From an uncultured Candidatus Saccharibacteria bacterium (lineage in GTDB: Bacteria; Patescibacteriota; Minisyncoccia; Phycocordibacterales; EsbW-18): DNA of 64,000 bases. The notes under the pieces are model-generated. The model was not told the origin of the DNA. It saw only the letters and a list, made by a program, of their open reading frames with translations, and ran no database searches. Positions within the stretch are counted from its first letter, which is position 1. Each line of letters starts with the position of its first letter. The translations under genes and the position numbers were made by a program. Shown piece after piece: positions 1 through 9,816 of this stretch. The stretch is from positions 7,048-71,047 of the forward strand of contig CAZFMQ010000001.1 of NCBI GenBank assembly GCA_964520295.1, written 5' to 3'.

Positions 1-2760
1 ACAGATACATGGCCTGGATGGACATTGTGGCAAGGAGATAATCAGTCAGCAGTAAGTTATGCGGTTGCCGAGCGCACGTATACACAAGCATCAGAAGAGC
101 AGTGGATATTCCGCCCTATGTCTACCGGTGCTGTAAGCGCTACCAACGAAGGACGATCAGCACTCTGTTATCGCAACAGCGGAGACAGCAACGAAAACGT
201 ATGTGTGGGGCTTCATACCGCTGGTGCTAGCGAACGCATTGAGATGTATTGTACAAATAACGGAAGCTTAAGTGTCGTAGGTTCTATTTCTTCAGCGGCA
301 CTTTCAGATAGTATAGTGCTCGGCATCCAGAAGAATGGTGATGTGTATTCGGGGTACGTCTATCCTTCAGATGGTGGTTTCAGCCATCCAACAAATGCAA
401 TGGCTTTTGGTTCATGTACGAAAACAGGTAACACCACATTTGACACCATTCAGTATCAGGTATCAACAGCAAACGAAACCCCATCACCAGTTACCGGTGT
501 TGATTTCATCCGTTACTACGCATCACGCACCTTTGCACTCCTCAACCCTGCACCGGCAAATGCAGGAGCGGGCATCATCAGCGCGGGCTTGCAAGGACAA
601 GTTGCCTACTACGCCGATTCTGGCACAACCACACTTTCGGGTTCATCAAATCTCGTTATTGATACATCGGGCAACGTTGGTGTGGGCACTTCAACGCCAT
701 CAGAAAAATTGCACGTAGAGGGTAATGCCATTATCACGGGCACAACAACAGCATCATGTTTCTCAACAGATGGCATCAATTGTTTGGCAGACAGCGGTGA
801 GTTCGCAACCACTACAGCTGACTTCTGGCTCAGCACAAAGTCCTTGCAAGACCTCGGCGATGTCGCAACAATGACCGCAACAACCGGTGATCTCTTGTAC
901 TGGAACGGAAGCGAGTGGGCAAACATTGCCACCTCATCACTCGGTCTTGGCGGTGGGGGAGGAGGCGGCGGTTCCGGTACGGTCAATACCGCAACAACAG
1001 GACAATTTGCATACTACGCATCAGACGGCACGGCGGTATCGGGTCAGTCAGTGCTCACGACTGACGGCACTAACATCGGCATTGGCACGACGACACCAGG
1101 CGAGAAGCTAGATGTCTGGGGCAACTTCCGTGTCGGTGTAAGCGAAACCCCACTTATATTTGCAAACACGGGAACGGGCATGCTCGGCATCGGCACCGCA
1201 TCACCAAGTGCGAAATTGCACGTGGTCGGCTCGACGCGATTTGAAGGTGGCAACTTCTCGGTTGGTGGCGGTGGTATTTTCCACAACACACTGACGAACA
1301 TGACGTCCATTGAGTCACTCAACCTCGGCAACATGAGCTTTGACACAGATGCCGGCATGGTCTCATGGATAAACTTGCCGATTTCAACGTCGCCCGCCGC
1401 GGGTGTCGTGCAGAGCTACAGCGCGCAGATTGACGATAATCCATTGCTCACGCTGTACGGTGAGTCAGACGGCAGTGGCGGAGCACGCAATATGCGCGTA
1501 GGTATTGGCACGACCACACCGAACGCACTGCTGACACTGCAAGGTTCTGCCGCCACCTCATCAACGCTGCTCTTCAATGTTGCCTCAAGTTCTGGTGCAA
1601 GTATCTTCTCTATCTGGAGCAATGCAACGGCGTCCACAACTGCGGGCGGACGTGTGGGAGTCGGCATGGCTTCCAGTGATGCACCACTCACTACGCTTGA
1701 AGTACGCGGTTTCAACGAAGCACCAACAACCGGCTCAAGCACCAACGGTATTCTTGGTTTGTATGCGGAAGGCATCACACCAGAACTCTCCATGGGCGTT
1801 ACGACAGTTGGTGGAGTATACACGTGGATACAGGGCAAGCATCGCACGGATCCAAATACCTACTATCCTGTCGTTATCAATCCAAATGGCGGCAATGTCG
1901 GCATTGGTACGACCACTGAAGCAAGTGCGTCAAGTACGCTGACCGTTGCCGGCGGCGTCTCACTGCTTGATTTGCCGACAGTGTCGTCGTTCCCACAAGA
2001 CGTACTGTGTATCACCACGGAAGGTGTGGTGCAGAGAAACCTTGGTGCAGGAACCTGTACGACATCATCCATTCGCTTTAAGCATGGTGATAAGAATTTG
2101 GAAATTGGTTTGACCCAGCTCGTTCAGTTGCGCCCCGTGTCATTCGTCTACAATGGCACGGAAGAAGAGCGTGTGGGATTCATTGCCGAGGACGTAGACA
2201 AGATTGAAGGTCTTGACCCATTTGTGTTCCGCGAAGAAGATGGCACACCGCGCGGTGTGCGCTACGAGGATATGGTCGCACTCGCCGTCAAAGCCATTCA
2301 AGAGCTGAATGCAAAGGTGGAGACACTGCTGACGGCGATGGCAGAAGGCGTGGTGGAGTTTGCAAAAATTATTGCCGACAATGTGACGACACGTGAACTG
2401 TGTCTTGATGATGTGTGCATCACGAAGTACGAATTGCAACAATTACTTGATAGTGCCGATGTACAGAGCGCGCCACAGCAACCAGAAGAGCCGGTGCTAC
2501 CCGAAGAGCCACCAGTTACACCGCCAACAGAACCTGTTGATCCCGACGAGCCAATTGAACCGGAGCTTGTCCCGATGCAAGAGGGAGTCCCGACAGAGCC
2601 TGTGCCACCTGAACCGGAAGACCCTGTAGATCCCGACGAGCCAACTGATCCCGATCCAGAGGTTCCGACAGAGCCCGAAGAACCTGGACCAATAGAGCCT
2701 GTTGATCCCGAGTCGGAGGTCCCGACACAGCCCGTGGAGGGAGAACCGGTAACACCGTAG
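1..2760 (+). CDS. Tail-fibre-like repeat protein with C-terminal peptidase-S74 intramolecular-chaperone domain and Pro/Glu-rich tail. It is 5'-truncated: the frame is open from position 1 and the first listed start (25) is TTG.
   Basis: Repeated motifs of the form GIGTTTP..KL.V.G (for example NVGVGTSTPSEKLHVEG, NIGIGTTTPGEKLDVWG, MLGIGTASPSAKLHVVG). The segment SSIRFKHGDKNLEIGL…VSFVYNGTEEERVGFIAEDV…RGVRYEDMVALAVKAIQEL matches the S74 tail-spike/endosialidase chaperone signature (S-x-R-x-K…N). The C-terminal ~100 aa are PEEP/PVDP low-complexity. A poly-Gly linker GGGGGGGGSG is present. Confidence 0.6.
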   Translation, partial: TDTWPGWTLWQGDNQSAVSYAVAERTYTQASEEQWIFRPMSTGAVSATNEGRSALCYRNSGDSNENVCVGLHTAGASERIEMYCTNNGSLSVVGSISSAALSDSIVLGIQKNGDVYSGYVYPSDGGFSHPTNAMAFGSCTKTGNTTFDTIQYQVSTANETPSPVTGVDFIRYYASRTFALLNPAPANAGAGIISAGLQGQVAYYADSGTTTLSGSSNLVIDTSGNVGVGTSTPSEKLHVEGNAIITGTTTASCFSTDGINCLADSGEFATTTADFWLSTKSLQDLGDVATMTATTGDLLYWNGSEWANIATSSLGLGGGGGGGGSGTVNTATTGQFAYYASDGTAVSGQSVLTTDGTNIGIGTTTPGEKLDVWGNFRVGVSETPLIFANTGTGMLGIGTASPSAKLHVVGSTRFEGGNFSVGGGGIFHNTLTNMTSIESLNLGNMSFDTDAGMVSWINLPISTSPAAGVVQSYSAQIDDNPLLTLYGESDGSGGARNMRVGIGTTTPNALLTLQGSAATSSTLLFNVASSSGASIFSIWSNATASTTAGGRVGVGMASSDAPLTTLEVRGFNEAPTTGSSTNGILGLYAEGITPELSMGVTTVGGVYTWIQGKHRTDPNTYYPVVINPNGGNVGIGTTTEASASSTLTVAGGVSLLDLPTVSSFPQDVLCITTEGVVQRNLGAGTCTTSSIRFKHGDKNLEIGLTQLVQLRPVSFVYNGTEEERVGFIAEDVDKIEGLDPFVFREEDGTPRGVRYEDMVALAVKAIQELNAKVETLLTAMAEGVVEFAKIIADNVTTRELCLDDVCITKYELQQLLDSADVQSAPQQPEEPVLPEEPPVTPPTEPVDPDEPIEPELVPMQEGVPTEPVPPEPEDPVDPDEPTDPDPEVPTEPEEPGPIEPVDPESEVPTQPVEGEPVTP

Positions 2761-2761
2761 T

Positions 2762-5656
2762 ATGCGTTTCATCACACCAACGAAAACACGCATAGCACTG
2801 GCAGTTGCAGGCATTGCGTGCATCATTTTGATTGTCGCTGTTGCATCAGGTAATTCATTCTTCGGCATATCCATGCGCAACGATACACTTGCCGACGGTC
2901 TCATCGGACATTGGACCTTTGACGGCAAGTACATGACACCAGGTGTGCAGGATGCTAGTGGCAATGAGTTACACGGTACGCTCTCTGGATTTAGTGCGAC
3001 GACCACTGTCATCGGCAAAATCGGCCAGGCATTGGATTTTGATGGTGTGAATGATTACGTCAATATCGGCGACATTGATCTCACAACCGCCATGAGTGCT
3101 TCTGCATGGTTTTATGTAGATAGCTTTAGTACTGGTGGCTTACTCAATAAAGGCATCGTGTCTCGCCATATTGGTGACGCAGGCAGTAATCGTTCGTGGT
3201 CGTTGTATGTTGATTTACAAACGAGTGGTTCCAACCCACGCCTCGGTGCCGCGCTTTCAAGTAATGGTACAAACCAAGCTTCCAATAATCTTGTTGGTAC
3301 CACCATGCTACAAGAAGGCAGGTGGTATCATGCGGTGCTCACATACGATGCAAATGACAAAACCATTATCTATATAGATGGTGCACAAGAAGCAACAGAT
3401 GCTACACCGCCTGCATCACTCCATTTGAATGATATTCCTGCAAAAATCGGTACACAATATACTGCAACGGATAACCGCTTCTTTTTAGATGGAAAAATAG
3501 ACGACGTGCGTATCTACAACCGCGCGCTCACACCCGAAGAGGTGCAGCGCCTCTATTCTCTCGGTGAAGGTGTCAAAATTGATGCATCACGCGCAACGGG
3601 TGGACTCGGCAACGGCGCGGATTCGGGTCTTGTTGGCCACTGGACCTTTGACGGCAAGTACATGAACCCGAATCCACAAGATTCAAGTGGGTTGGGGAAA
3701 CATGGTGTGCTTACAAACTTCGCTGCCAACCCGGGCATCATTGGCCCTATTGGCCAGGCGCTCGCATTTGATAGCGCCACCGATTACGTACAGATAGATA
3801 ACCCCGATATGCCCACAGGTGATTTCACCATATCGGCGTGGGTGCGCATGACGTCATTTGCGGGTTCACCGACCATTGTGATGATAGGCAACGGATCCAA
3901 TGGTGTGGCAGGTAACGAAATATGGTGGGGGTTTGATACAAGTGGTCGCCTCGGTCACAATTTTGATGGTACAAGTGGTGCAGAGAGTAATACGTTGTTG
4001 TCTCTGAACACATGGGCGCACGCCGTATTACGACGTTCAGGAAGTGCAGTGGAAATGTTTTTGGACGGCATGCTCGTCAGCACATTCACGCGTGCGCAGA
4101 CGCTAAACTTTTCAACGTGCCCGCTTTTTTTAGGGACGGATGCAGACAGTGGTTGTTCGGGCAATTTGGGTAACTATTTCCATGGCCAGATGGACGATGT
4201 GCGTGTGTACGATCGCGCACTTTCCAACGAAGAGGTGATAGTGCTGTACAACATGCGCGGGGGCACCAAAATAGCAACAACACCGCAGGGCGGTGATCTC
4301 TCCAATACAGTTGGTGCTGATCCATATGGCCACTGGACGTTTGATCTCGCGGATTTGGTTTCGGGTGTGCAAGATGTCAGTGGCAATGGACACCACGGTC
4401 AATTGATACTCGGCTCAAATGGCAACACGGCAACGACGACGGCTACAGGTGTGAGAGGGGAGGCGCTAGTGTTTGATGGTAATGATGACCGTGTGCAAAT
4501 TGATTCGCCGAATTTGCCGACGGGTGATTTCACTATATCATTCTGGGCAAAAGCAGATTCATACAGTGGAGGTCCAGCGTTACTCATGATAGGAAACGGT
4601 GCTAATGGTACGGGGGGTAATGAAATATATATTGCATTTCATACAACAGGACAGTTACGGTACCTTGTGGATGGCGGAGATACATTTGAGAGTGCTAAGG
4701 CACTACCTGTCGGCACATGGGGACATATTCTACTACGTCGCACAGGAAGCACTGTTGATTTGCTTCTTGATGGGGTGAAAATACTAACTAGCACGAGCGC
4801 TGGAACGTATAATTATGGGTCATGTCCTCTGCATTTGGGCGTTGATCCGGATTCAGGTTGCTCGGGTTCTTTGACGCAATTCTTGAATGGTCAGCTCGAT
4901 GATTTTCGTGTGTATGACTATGCACTTTCAGATGGTGAAGTGCAGGCGCTGTATCTCGGCGATTCAGGTAATGCTTCTTCAGATTTGATCGCACACTGGA
5001 CATTTGATGGCAAATACATGACCCCGGGCGTGCAGGATGCAAGTGGCAATAATTTGCACGGAACACTTTCAGGATTTTCTGCTACCACTACCGTGATTGG
5101 TCGCATCGGCCAAGCACTTGATTTTGATGGTACGAATAATTATGTATCAGTTCCCGATACTACTGCCCTGGATTTTGGTACAGGGAACATAACCATGAGC
5201 GCGTGGTTTAAGGCACCAAATGAGAATCAGTACAGAACAATAGTTGTGAAGCGAAATCCTTCCTCTCCATTTACCCAAGCTGGTTTGTTCATCTGTACTA
5301 TCAATAGTGGTGGCACCTGTTCTGCAAGTAAAAAACTAACGGGTATTTTTTACGGAGGATCATTAGGTAGCGCTTTGTTCGTGCACACCACAAATGATGT
5401 TGTTGATGGAGAGTGGCACTTAGCGACAGTAGTCCGAACGGGGGCAGCGTCTGCAAAAATATATATTGATGGTGTTGAGGTGGCAACGACAGTGCAACTT
5501 GCGGCAGGTACTCCGAATGTTAATAACAACAACCCACTCATGATAGGGAACGATGGGAGCAGTCACTTTTTCTCAGGTGCAATTGACGATGTGCGCATTT
5601 ACGGGCGTGCACTCACCGCCATCGAAATAGAACGCCTCTACAATATGGGGAGATAA
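2762..5656 (+). CDS. Membrane-anchored protein with four tandem LamG-like (concanavalin-A-like lectin, Laminin_G_3) domains
   Basis: N-terminal TM helix IALAVAGIACIILIVAVA. Four repeats share the pattern HWTFDG…GVQD.SGN..HG.L…IG.IGQAL.FDG.NDYV…DDVR(I/V)Y.RAL…E(V/I)..LY. The gene starts 2 nt after the upstream stop. Confidence 0.65.
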   Translation: MRFITPTKTRIALAVAGIACIILIVAVASGNSFFGISMRNDTLADGLIGHWTFDGKYMTPGVQDASGNELHGTLSGFSATTTVIGKIGQALDFDGVNDYVNIGDIDLTTAMSASAWFYVDSFSTGGLLNKGIVSRHIGDAGSNRSWSLYVDLQTSGSNPRLGAALSSNGTNQASNNLVGTTMLQEGRWYHAVLTYDANDKTIIYIDGAQEATDATPPASLHLNDIPAKIGTQYTATDNRFFLDGKIDDVRIYNRALTPEEVQRLYSLGEGVKIDASRATGGLGNGADSGLVGHWTFDGKYMNPNPQDSSGLGKHGVLTNFAANPGIIGPIGQALAFDSATDYVQIDNPDMPTGDFTISAWVRMTSFAGSPTIVMIGNGSNGVAGNEIWWGFDTSGRLGHNFDGTSGAESNTLLSLNTWAHAVLRRSGSAVEMFLDGMLVSTFTRAQTLNFSTCPLFLGTDADSGCSGNLGNYFHGQMDDVRVYDRALSNEEVIVLYNMRGGTKIATTPQGGDLSNTVGADPYGHWTFDLADLVSGVQDVSGNGHHGQLILGSNGNTATTTATGVRGEALVFDGNDDRVQIDSPNLPTGDFTISFWAKADSYSGGPALLMIGNGANGTGGNEIYIAFHTTGQLRYLVDGGDTFESAKALPVGTWGHILLRRTGSTVDLLLDGVKILTSTSAGTYNYGSCPLHLGVDPDSGCSGSLTQFLNGQLDDFRVYDYALSDGEVQALYLGDSGNASSDLIAHWTFDGKYMTPGVQDASGNNLHGTLSGFSATTTVIGRIGQALDFDGTNNYVSVPDTTALDFGTGNITMSAWFKAPNENQYRTIVVKRNPSSPFTQAGLFICTINSGGTCSASKKLTGIFYGGSLGSALFVHTTNDVVDGEWHLATVVRTGAASAKIYIDGVEVATTVQLAAGTPNVNNNNPLMIGNDGSSHFFSGAIDDVRIYGRALTAIEIERLYNMGR

Positions 5657-5659
5657 TAA

Positions 5660-5880
5660 GTAGGGCACAGGGAACAGTTAACAGCCCCGATACATCGGGG
5701 CAGGGGAACAGGAAGAAAAAAGACGATAGATAACAGAGGACAAGGGCTGACTGAGCAACCGAACCTCTCAGTTTAAGAGAAAAGCAACCCTCCCCCTAAT
5801 TCGCGCGAATTAGGGGGAGGGTTTTCTTTCTGACTTTTTCTTCCCCCGTTCCCTGTTAACTGTTCCCTAGTCCCTACGTT
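5660..5880. repeat. MITE-like structured intergenic element with ~25-bp terminal inverted repeats
   Basis: Left end is GTAGGGCACAGGGAACAGTTAACAG. The reverse complement of the right end is GTAGGGACTAGGGAACAGTTAACAG (2 mismatches). The interior holds two perfect hairpins, CCCCGATACATCGGGG and CCCTCCCCCTAATTCGCGCGAATTAGGGGGAGGG. Confidence 0.4.
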
Positions 5881-5947
5881 TCTTGCATCACTGGGTACAC
5901 TATGGTATCTTTTCTCCACCCACACAGCGGGGTTTTTCTTTGGAAAT

Positions 5948-6364
5948 ATGGCAACAATCAATCAACTAACACGACGCAATCGCAAAAAAGTGGGACGTAA
6001 AGCCAAGACCACTGGTCTTCGTCGTGGTTTCAATACGATTACGAACCGCCCAACCCGCTACATTTCTCCTTTTAAGCGTGGCGTGTGCACACAGGTAAAG
6101 ACCACAACACCAAAGAAGCCAAACTCAGCTATCCGTAAAATCGCACGTGTACGTTTGACGAACGGTCACGAAATTACCGCATACATTCCTGGTATGGGAC
6201 ACAAATTGCAAGAGCACTCTGTGGTATTGGTGCGTGGTGGTCGTGTAAAGGACATCGGTGTTCGCTACACTATCGTACGTGGCACATTGGACGCAGAGGG
6301 CGTAGAGAAGCGCATGAAAGGTCGTTCACACTACGGTGCTAAGAAACCAAAAGCAGCTAAATAA
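5948..6364 (+). CDS. rpsL: 30S ribosomal protein S12
   Basis: [10 protein letters not shown]…VRLTNG…[21 protein letters not shown]; full-length match to S12. Confidence 0.95.
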   Translation: MATINQLTRRNRKKVGRKAKTTGLRRGFNTITNRPTRYISPFKRGVCTQVKTTTPKKPNSAIRKIARVRLTNGHEITAYIPGMGHKLQEHSVVLVRGGRVKDIGVRYTIVRGTLDAEGVEKRMKGRSHYGAKKPKAAK

Positions 6365-6375
6365 TATATTCAATC

Positions 6376-6873
6376 ATGCGACGCCGACTCAAAGCACGTG
6401 AAAAACACCCTGTTCAACCAGACCGTACGTACAATTCTGTAACGGTTTCTAAACTCATTTCATACGTTACGAAAAGCGGTAAGAAAAACACCGCACAGCG
6501 TCTTGTGTACGGTGCACTAACACGTTTGCAGACAGAACACGATGTACAAGAGCCCGCAGCACTTTTGGAGCAGGCAATTCAGAATGTGGCACCTACAATG
6601 GAAGTACGCTCACGCCGTGTCGGTGGTGCAAACTATCAGGTGCCATTTCCTGTACGCCCAGAGCGACAGCTCGCACTCGCACTCCGATGGATTTTGGAAG
6701 GTGCACGTAGCAAAAAAGGAAGCGATTTTTCAAAGCGACTTGCCGATGAACTCTTTGCCGCAAGCAAGGGTGAAGGTGGTGCAATGACGAAGCGTGAGAA
6801 CGTACACCGCATGGCAGAAGCCAACAAGGCATTTGCACACTTCGCACTCTCACGTTCAAAGACGAAAAAATAG
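6376..6873 (+). CDS. rpsG: 30S ribosomal protein S7
   Basis: Position after rpsL; S7-like sequence throughout (KSGKKNTAQRLVYGAL…MEVRSRRVGGANYQVP). Confidence 0.95.
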   Translation: MRRRLKAREKHPVQPDRTYNSVTVSKLISYVTKSGKKNTAQRLVYGALTRLQTEHDVQEPAALLEQAIQNVAPTMEVRSRRVGGANYQVPFPVRPERQLALALRWILEGARSKKGSDFSKRLADELFAASKGEGGAMTKRENVHRMAEANKAFAHFALSRSKTKK

Positions 6874-7040
6874 GGAACAGGGACTAGTTCACATGCCCGC
6901 CCGTACCGACTGGTACAGTCGGGCGAGGAACAGAAGAACCAAAATCTCAAGGCATCGCCTTGAGATTTTGGTTCTTGAGACACATTTTCTTTATTTTTCC
7001 TGTTCCCCGGTAACTGTGCCCCGTTCCTTAGGTATCCATT
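6870..7040. repeat. Second structured intergenic element related to the 5660-5880 element
   Basis: Starts TAGGGAACAGGGACTAG right at the rpsG stop. Contains hairpins CCGACTGGTACAGTCGG and a 16-bp-stem hairpin GAACCAAAATCTCAAGG…CCTTGAGATTTTGGTTC. Ends with CCTGTTCCCCGGTAACTGTGCCCCGTTCC, whose reverse complement contains GGGCACAG and GGGAACAG. Confidence 0.35.
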
Positions 7041-7145
7041 TGCTAGATAGGCGATCAGTGGTATAGTACCTGTGCCCGTGGGGGCTTGTTTTTATATCAC
7101 ATACGCACCACACACAGTACGTAACAGTAAAATACATAATTATAT

Positions 7146-9296
7146 ATGAATAGAGAGTATCCATTAGAGAAAGTACGCAACTTCGGAATTATTGCACACA
7201 TTGACGCCGGCAAAACGACGACATCAGAGCGCGTTCTTTTCTATACCGGTTTGTCACACAAGATTGGTGAAGTGCACGAAGGTGAAGCAACCATGGACTG
7301 GATGGATCAAGAGCGCGAGCGTGGTATCACCATCACTGCTGCTGCGACAACTTGTTTTTGGACTCCTACAGGTGAAAAAGATAACCCAGATCGTAAACAC
7401 CAATTCAACCTCATTGACACGCCAGGACACATTGACTTCACCATTGAAGTAAAGCGCTCACTGCGCGTATTGGACGGTGCTGTTGTCGTCTTTGACGGTG
7501 TATCGGGTGTGGAGCCACAATCAGAGACAAACTGGCGCTATGCCGACGAAGGTAAAGTGCCTCGTTTGTGTTTCATCAATAAATTGGACCGCACCGGTGC
7601 ATCATTTGAACGTTCATTTGCATCCATTCTTGATCGATTGACGACAAAAGCGGTACGCATGCAGATTCCTATCGGCGAAGAAGATAAGCACCTCGGTGTA
7701 GTGGATTTGCTTACCATGAAAGCAGTGTACTTTGAAGGCAACATGGGTAGCACGCTTCGCTATGATGAGATTCCAGCAGAGTTGCAAGCGGATGCAGAGA
7801 AATACCGCCACGAACTCATTGAGCGCATTGTGGAGCAGGACGAGCAGGCAATGAACGACTATCTGGAAGGGAAGGAGCCATCATTGGAGGACTGCAAAAA
7901 GATTTTACGCCGCGCCGTTATTGCAAACGAAATTGTGCCGGTGTTTACAGGCTCATCGTTGAAGAACAAAGGTGTACAGCTCGTGCTGGATGCCGTTGTA
8001 GAGTACTTGCCATCACCATTGGATATTCCTCCTGCGCACGGTATTGATCCACGAACCGGAGACACCATTGAACGAGAAACATCAGACAGCGCACCATTCG
8101 CCGCACTCGCGTTTAAAGTGCAGACCGACCCATTCGTTGGTCAGCTCACGTTCTTCCGCGTGTACTCAGGAACCGTTGAGGCGGGCTCATACATTTACAA
8201 CAGCCAAACAGAAACCAAAGAGCGTTTGGGACGTATTGTGCGCTTGCACGCAAATGACCGCGAAGAAGTGAAGAAAGTGTACGCAGGAGAAATTGCTGCG
8301 GCGGTAGGTTTGAAAGATGCAAAAACATCACACACACTCTGTGATGAAAACAATCCAATTATTCTGGACCCAATCAAGGTGCCTGAACCAGTGATCTCAT
8401 TGCGTATTGAACCAAAGACAAAGGCAGACCAAGAAAAACTCGGTCTCGCGCTCAAGCGTCTTGCCGATGAAGACCCAACATTCCGCGTTTCTACTGATCC
8501 AGAAACACTTGAAACGATTATTGCCGGCATGGGTGAATTGCACCTTGAGGTGCTCGTCGAGCGCATGCGTCGCGAGTTTTCAGTGGATGCAAACGTTGGT
8601 AAGCCACAGGTGGCATATCGCGAAACTATTTTGGGCGAAGCAGACGTGGAGCACAAATACATCAAGCAAACAGGTGGTCGCGGTCAGTACGGTCATGTGA
8701 AAATCCGCGTCAAGCCGATGGATGTTACCATCGCAGAAGAAGATTTGCCGAAGAACACAAAGCGCGACGATGGATTGGAGTTCATCAACTCTATCAAGGG
8801 AGGTGTCATTCCACAGGAGTACATCCCAGCAGTACAGAAGGGTTTGAAAGAGGCGATGGATCGCGGTGTGCTTGCGGGCTTCAAGTTGGTAAACATTTCA
8901 GTGGATTTGTACGATGGTTCGTACCACGAAGTGGACTCATCTGAAATTGCGTTCAAGATTGCAGCGTCACAAGCATTGCAAGAAGCAGTGCAGAAAGCAC
9001 GTCCGGTGATGCTTGAACCAGTGATGAATGTGGAAGTAGTAGTGCCCGAGCAGTTCATGGGTGACATTACCGGTAACCTTTCATCAAAGCGTGGTCAGAT
9101 TCAGGGTATGGAGGACCGCGGTGCGCTCAAAGCAATTAAAGCATTTGTACCATTGTCAGAAATGTTCGGTTACACGACACAGTTGCGCTCAATGACGGAG
9201 GGTCGTGGTAACTCAACAATGGAATTTGATCACTACGAAGTGGTGCCAGATAACGTGGCAAAGACGGTGATTGAGGCGAGAGGAGCAGGGAAGTAA
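7146..9296 (+). CDS. fusA: Elongation factor G
   Basis: [22 protein letters not shown]…[12 protein letters not shown]; EF-G domains II-V present; 716 aa. Confidence 0.95.
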   Translation: MNREYPLEKVRNFGIIAHIDAGKTTTSERVLFYTGLSHKIGEVHEGEATMDWMDQERERGITITAAATTCFWTPTGEKDNPDRKHQFNLIDTPGHIDFTIEVKRSLRVLDGAVVVFDGVSGVEPQSETNWRYADEGKVPRLCFINKLDRTGASFERSFASILDRLTTKAVRMQIPIGEEDKHLGVVDLLTMKAVYFEGNMGSTLRYDEIPAELQADAEKYRHELIERIVEQDEQAMNDYLEGKEPSLEDCKKILRRAVIANEIVPVFTGSSLKNKGVQLVLDAVVEYLPSPLDIPPAHGIDPRTGDTIERETSDSAPFAALAFKVQTDPFVGQLTFFRVYSGTVEAGSYIYNSQTETKERLGRIVRLHANDREEVKKVYAGEIAAAVGLKDAKTSHTLCDENNPIILDPIKVPEPVISLRIEPKTKADQEKLGLALKRLADEDPTFRVSTDPETLETIIAGMGELHLEVLVERMRREFSVDANVGKPQVAYRETILGEADVEHKYIKQTGGRGQYGHVKIRVKPMDVTIAEEDLPKNTKRDDGLEFINSIKGGVIPQEYIPAVQKGLKEAMDRGVLAGFKLVNISVDLYDGSYHEVDSSEIAFKIAASQALQEAVQKARPVMLEPVMNVEVVVPEQFMGDITGNLSSKRGQIQGMEDRGALKAIKAFVPLSEMFGYTTQLRSMTEGRGNSTMEFDHYEVVPDNVAKTVIEARGAGK

Positions 9297-9321
9297 GTGG
9301 TCCGACCTCTTTGTTGTATGT

Positions 9322-9353
9322 AAAAACCCGCCATCTACGATGGCGGGTTTTGG
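9322..9353. terminator. Bidirectional Rho-independent terminator shared by fusA and the convergent small ORF
   Basis: AAAAACCCGCCATCTACGATGGCGGGTTTTGG: GC stem flanked by an A-tract and a T-tract. Confidence 0.55.
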
Positions 9354-9371
9354 TTGTGGGGTGAGCCGAGC

Positions 9372-9617
9372 TCAGAGCTCGGTCGGCGGCGGGTCGTTGT
9401 GGTACGACCCCTTCTCCAGCAGGATGTTGAATCCTGCGTTGAGGGTCAACATGTGACCCTTGTACGGCCCCTCCTTGGGCCGTACGTTGAGGAGTCCGCC
9501 GATGCCCTGGCGAACGTCTGCGGCCACGAACTTCCCCGGGAAACAGGGAAGCTCGATGTGGTAGCAACCGGTCCGGATGTTCCGGTCGCACTGCACCACT
9601 TGGCGCGGCCTGTTCAT
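9372..9617 (-). CDS. Hypothetical 81-aa protein inside a G+C-rich islet
   Basis: Reads MNRPRQVVQCDRNIRTGCYHIELPCFPGKFVAADVRQGIGG…YKGHMLTLNAGFNILLEKGSYHNDPPPTEL. A GGGAGAAAG Shine-Dalgarno sits 5 nt upstream. It ends at the bidirectional terminator. Local G+C is visibly above that of the flanks. Confidence 0.35.
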   Translation of the reverse strand: MNRPRQVVQCDRNIRTGCYHIELPCFPGKFVAADVRQGIGGLLNVRPKEGPYKGHMLTLNAGFNILLEKGSYHNDPPPTEL

Positions 9618-9816
9618 ATGACTTTCTCCCATATAGTCACCGTGCGTTATGCACGGGACATCCCCGAGTACAACCAAAAGAACTACTACAGCTGATTGTA
9701 CATACTTTTCTAAAAAACGCAATACCACCGTATCATGCCTGTGGAAAATTTGACCGCAGAGTTTGGTTCTGGTACTATGCCTCGAGGCCACAAGGCCGTT
9801 TTTTTTCCACACAGAC

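Noticed and set aside
950-990. Poly-G/GGN DNA run as a simple-sequence repeat element
   Set aside because: It encodes an in-frame Gly10 linker (GGGGGGGGSG) inside the fibre protein, so it is coding low-complexity and not an intergenic repeat.
335-2755. Multiple 60-170-aa ORFs on both strands inside the tail-fibre gene (for example 335-718, 609-986, 1416-1847, 2497-3018)
   Set aside because: They are embedded in a long, motif-rich coding frame. They are alternative-frame artefacts of a G+C/Gly-Thr-rich sequence.
7192-9067. Numerous antisense and alternate-frame ORFs within fusA (for example 8195-8665, 8693-9067)
   Set aside because: They lie within a highly conserved EF-G coding frame and have no independent support.
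9354-9695. 113-aa plus-strand ORF in the G+C-rich islet
   Set aside because: It starts inside the fusA terminator hairpin and has no SD. The convergent minus-strand 81-aa ORF has an SD and ends at the terminator, so it is the better model. Both remain low confidence.
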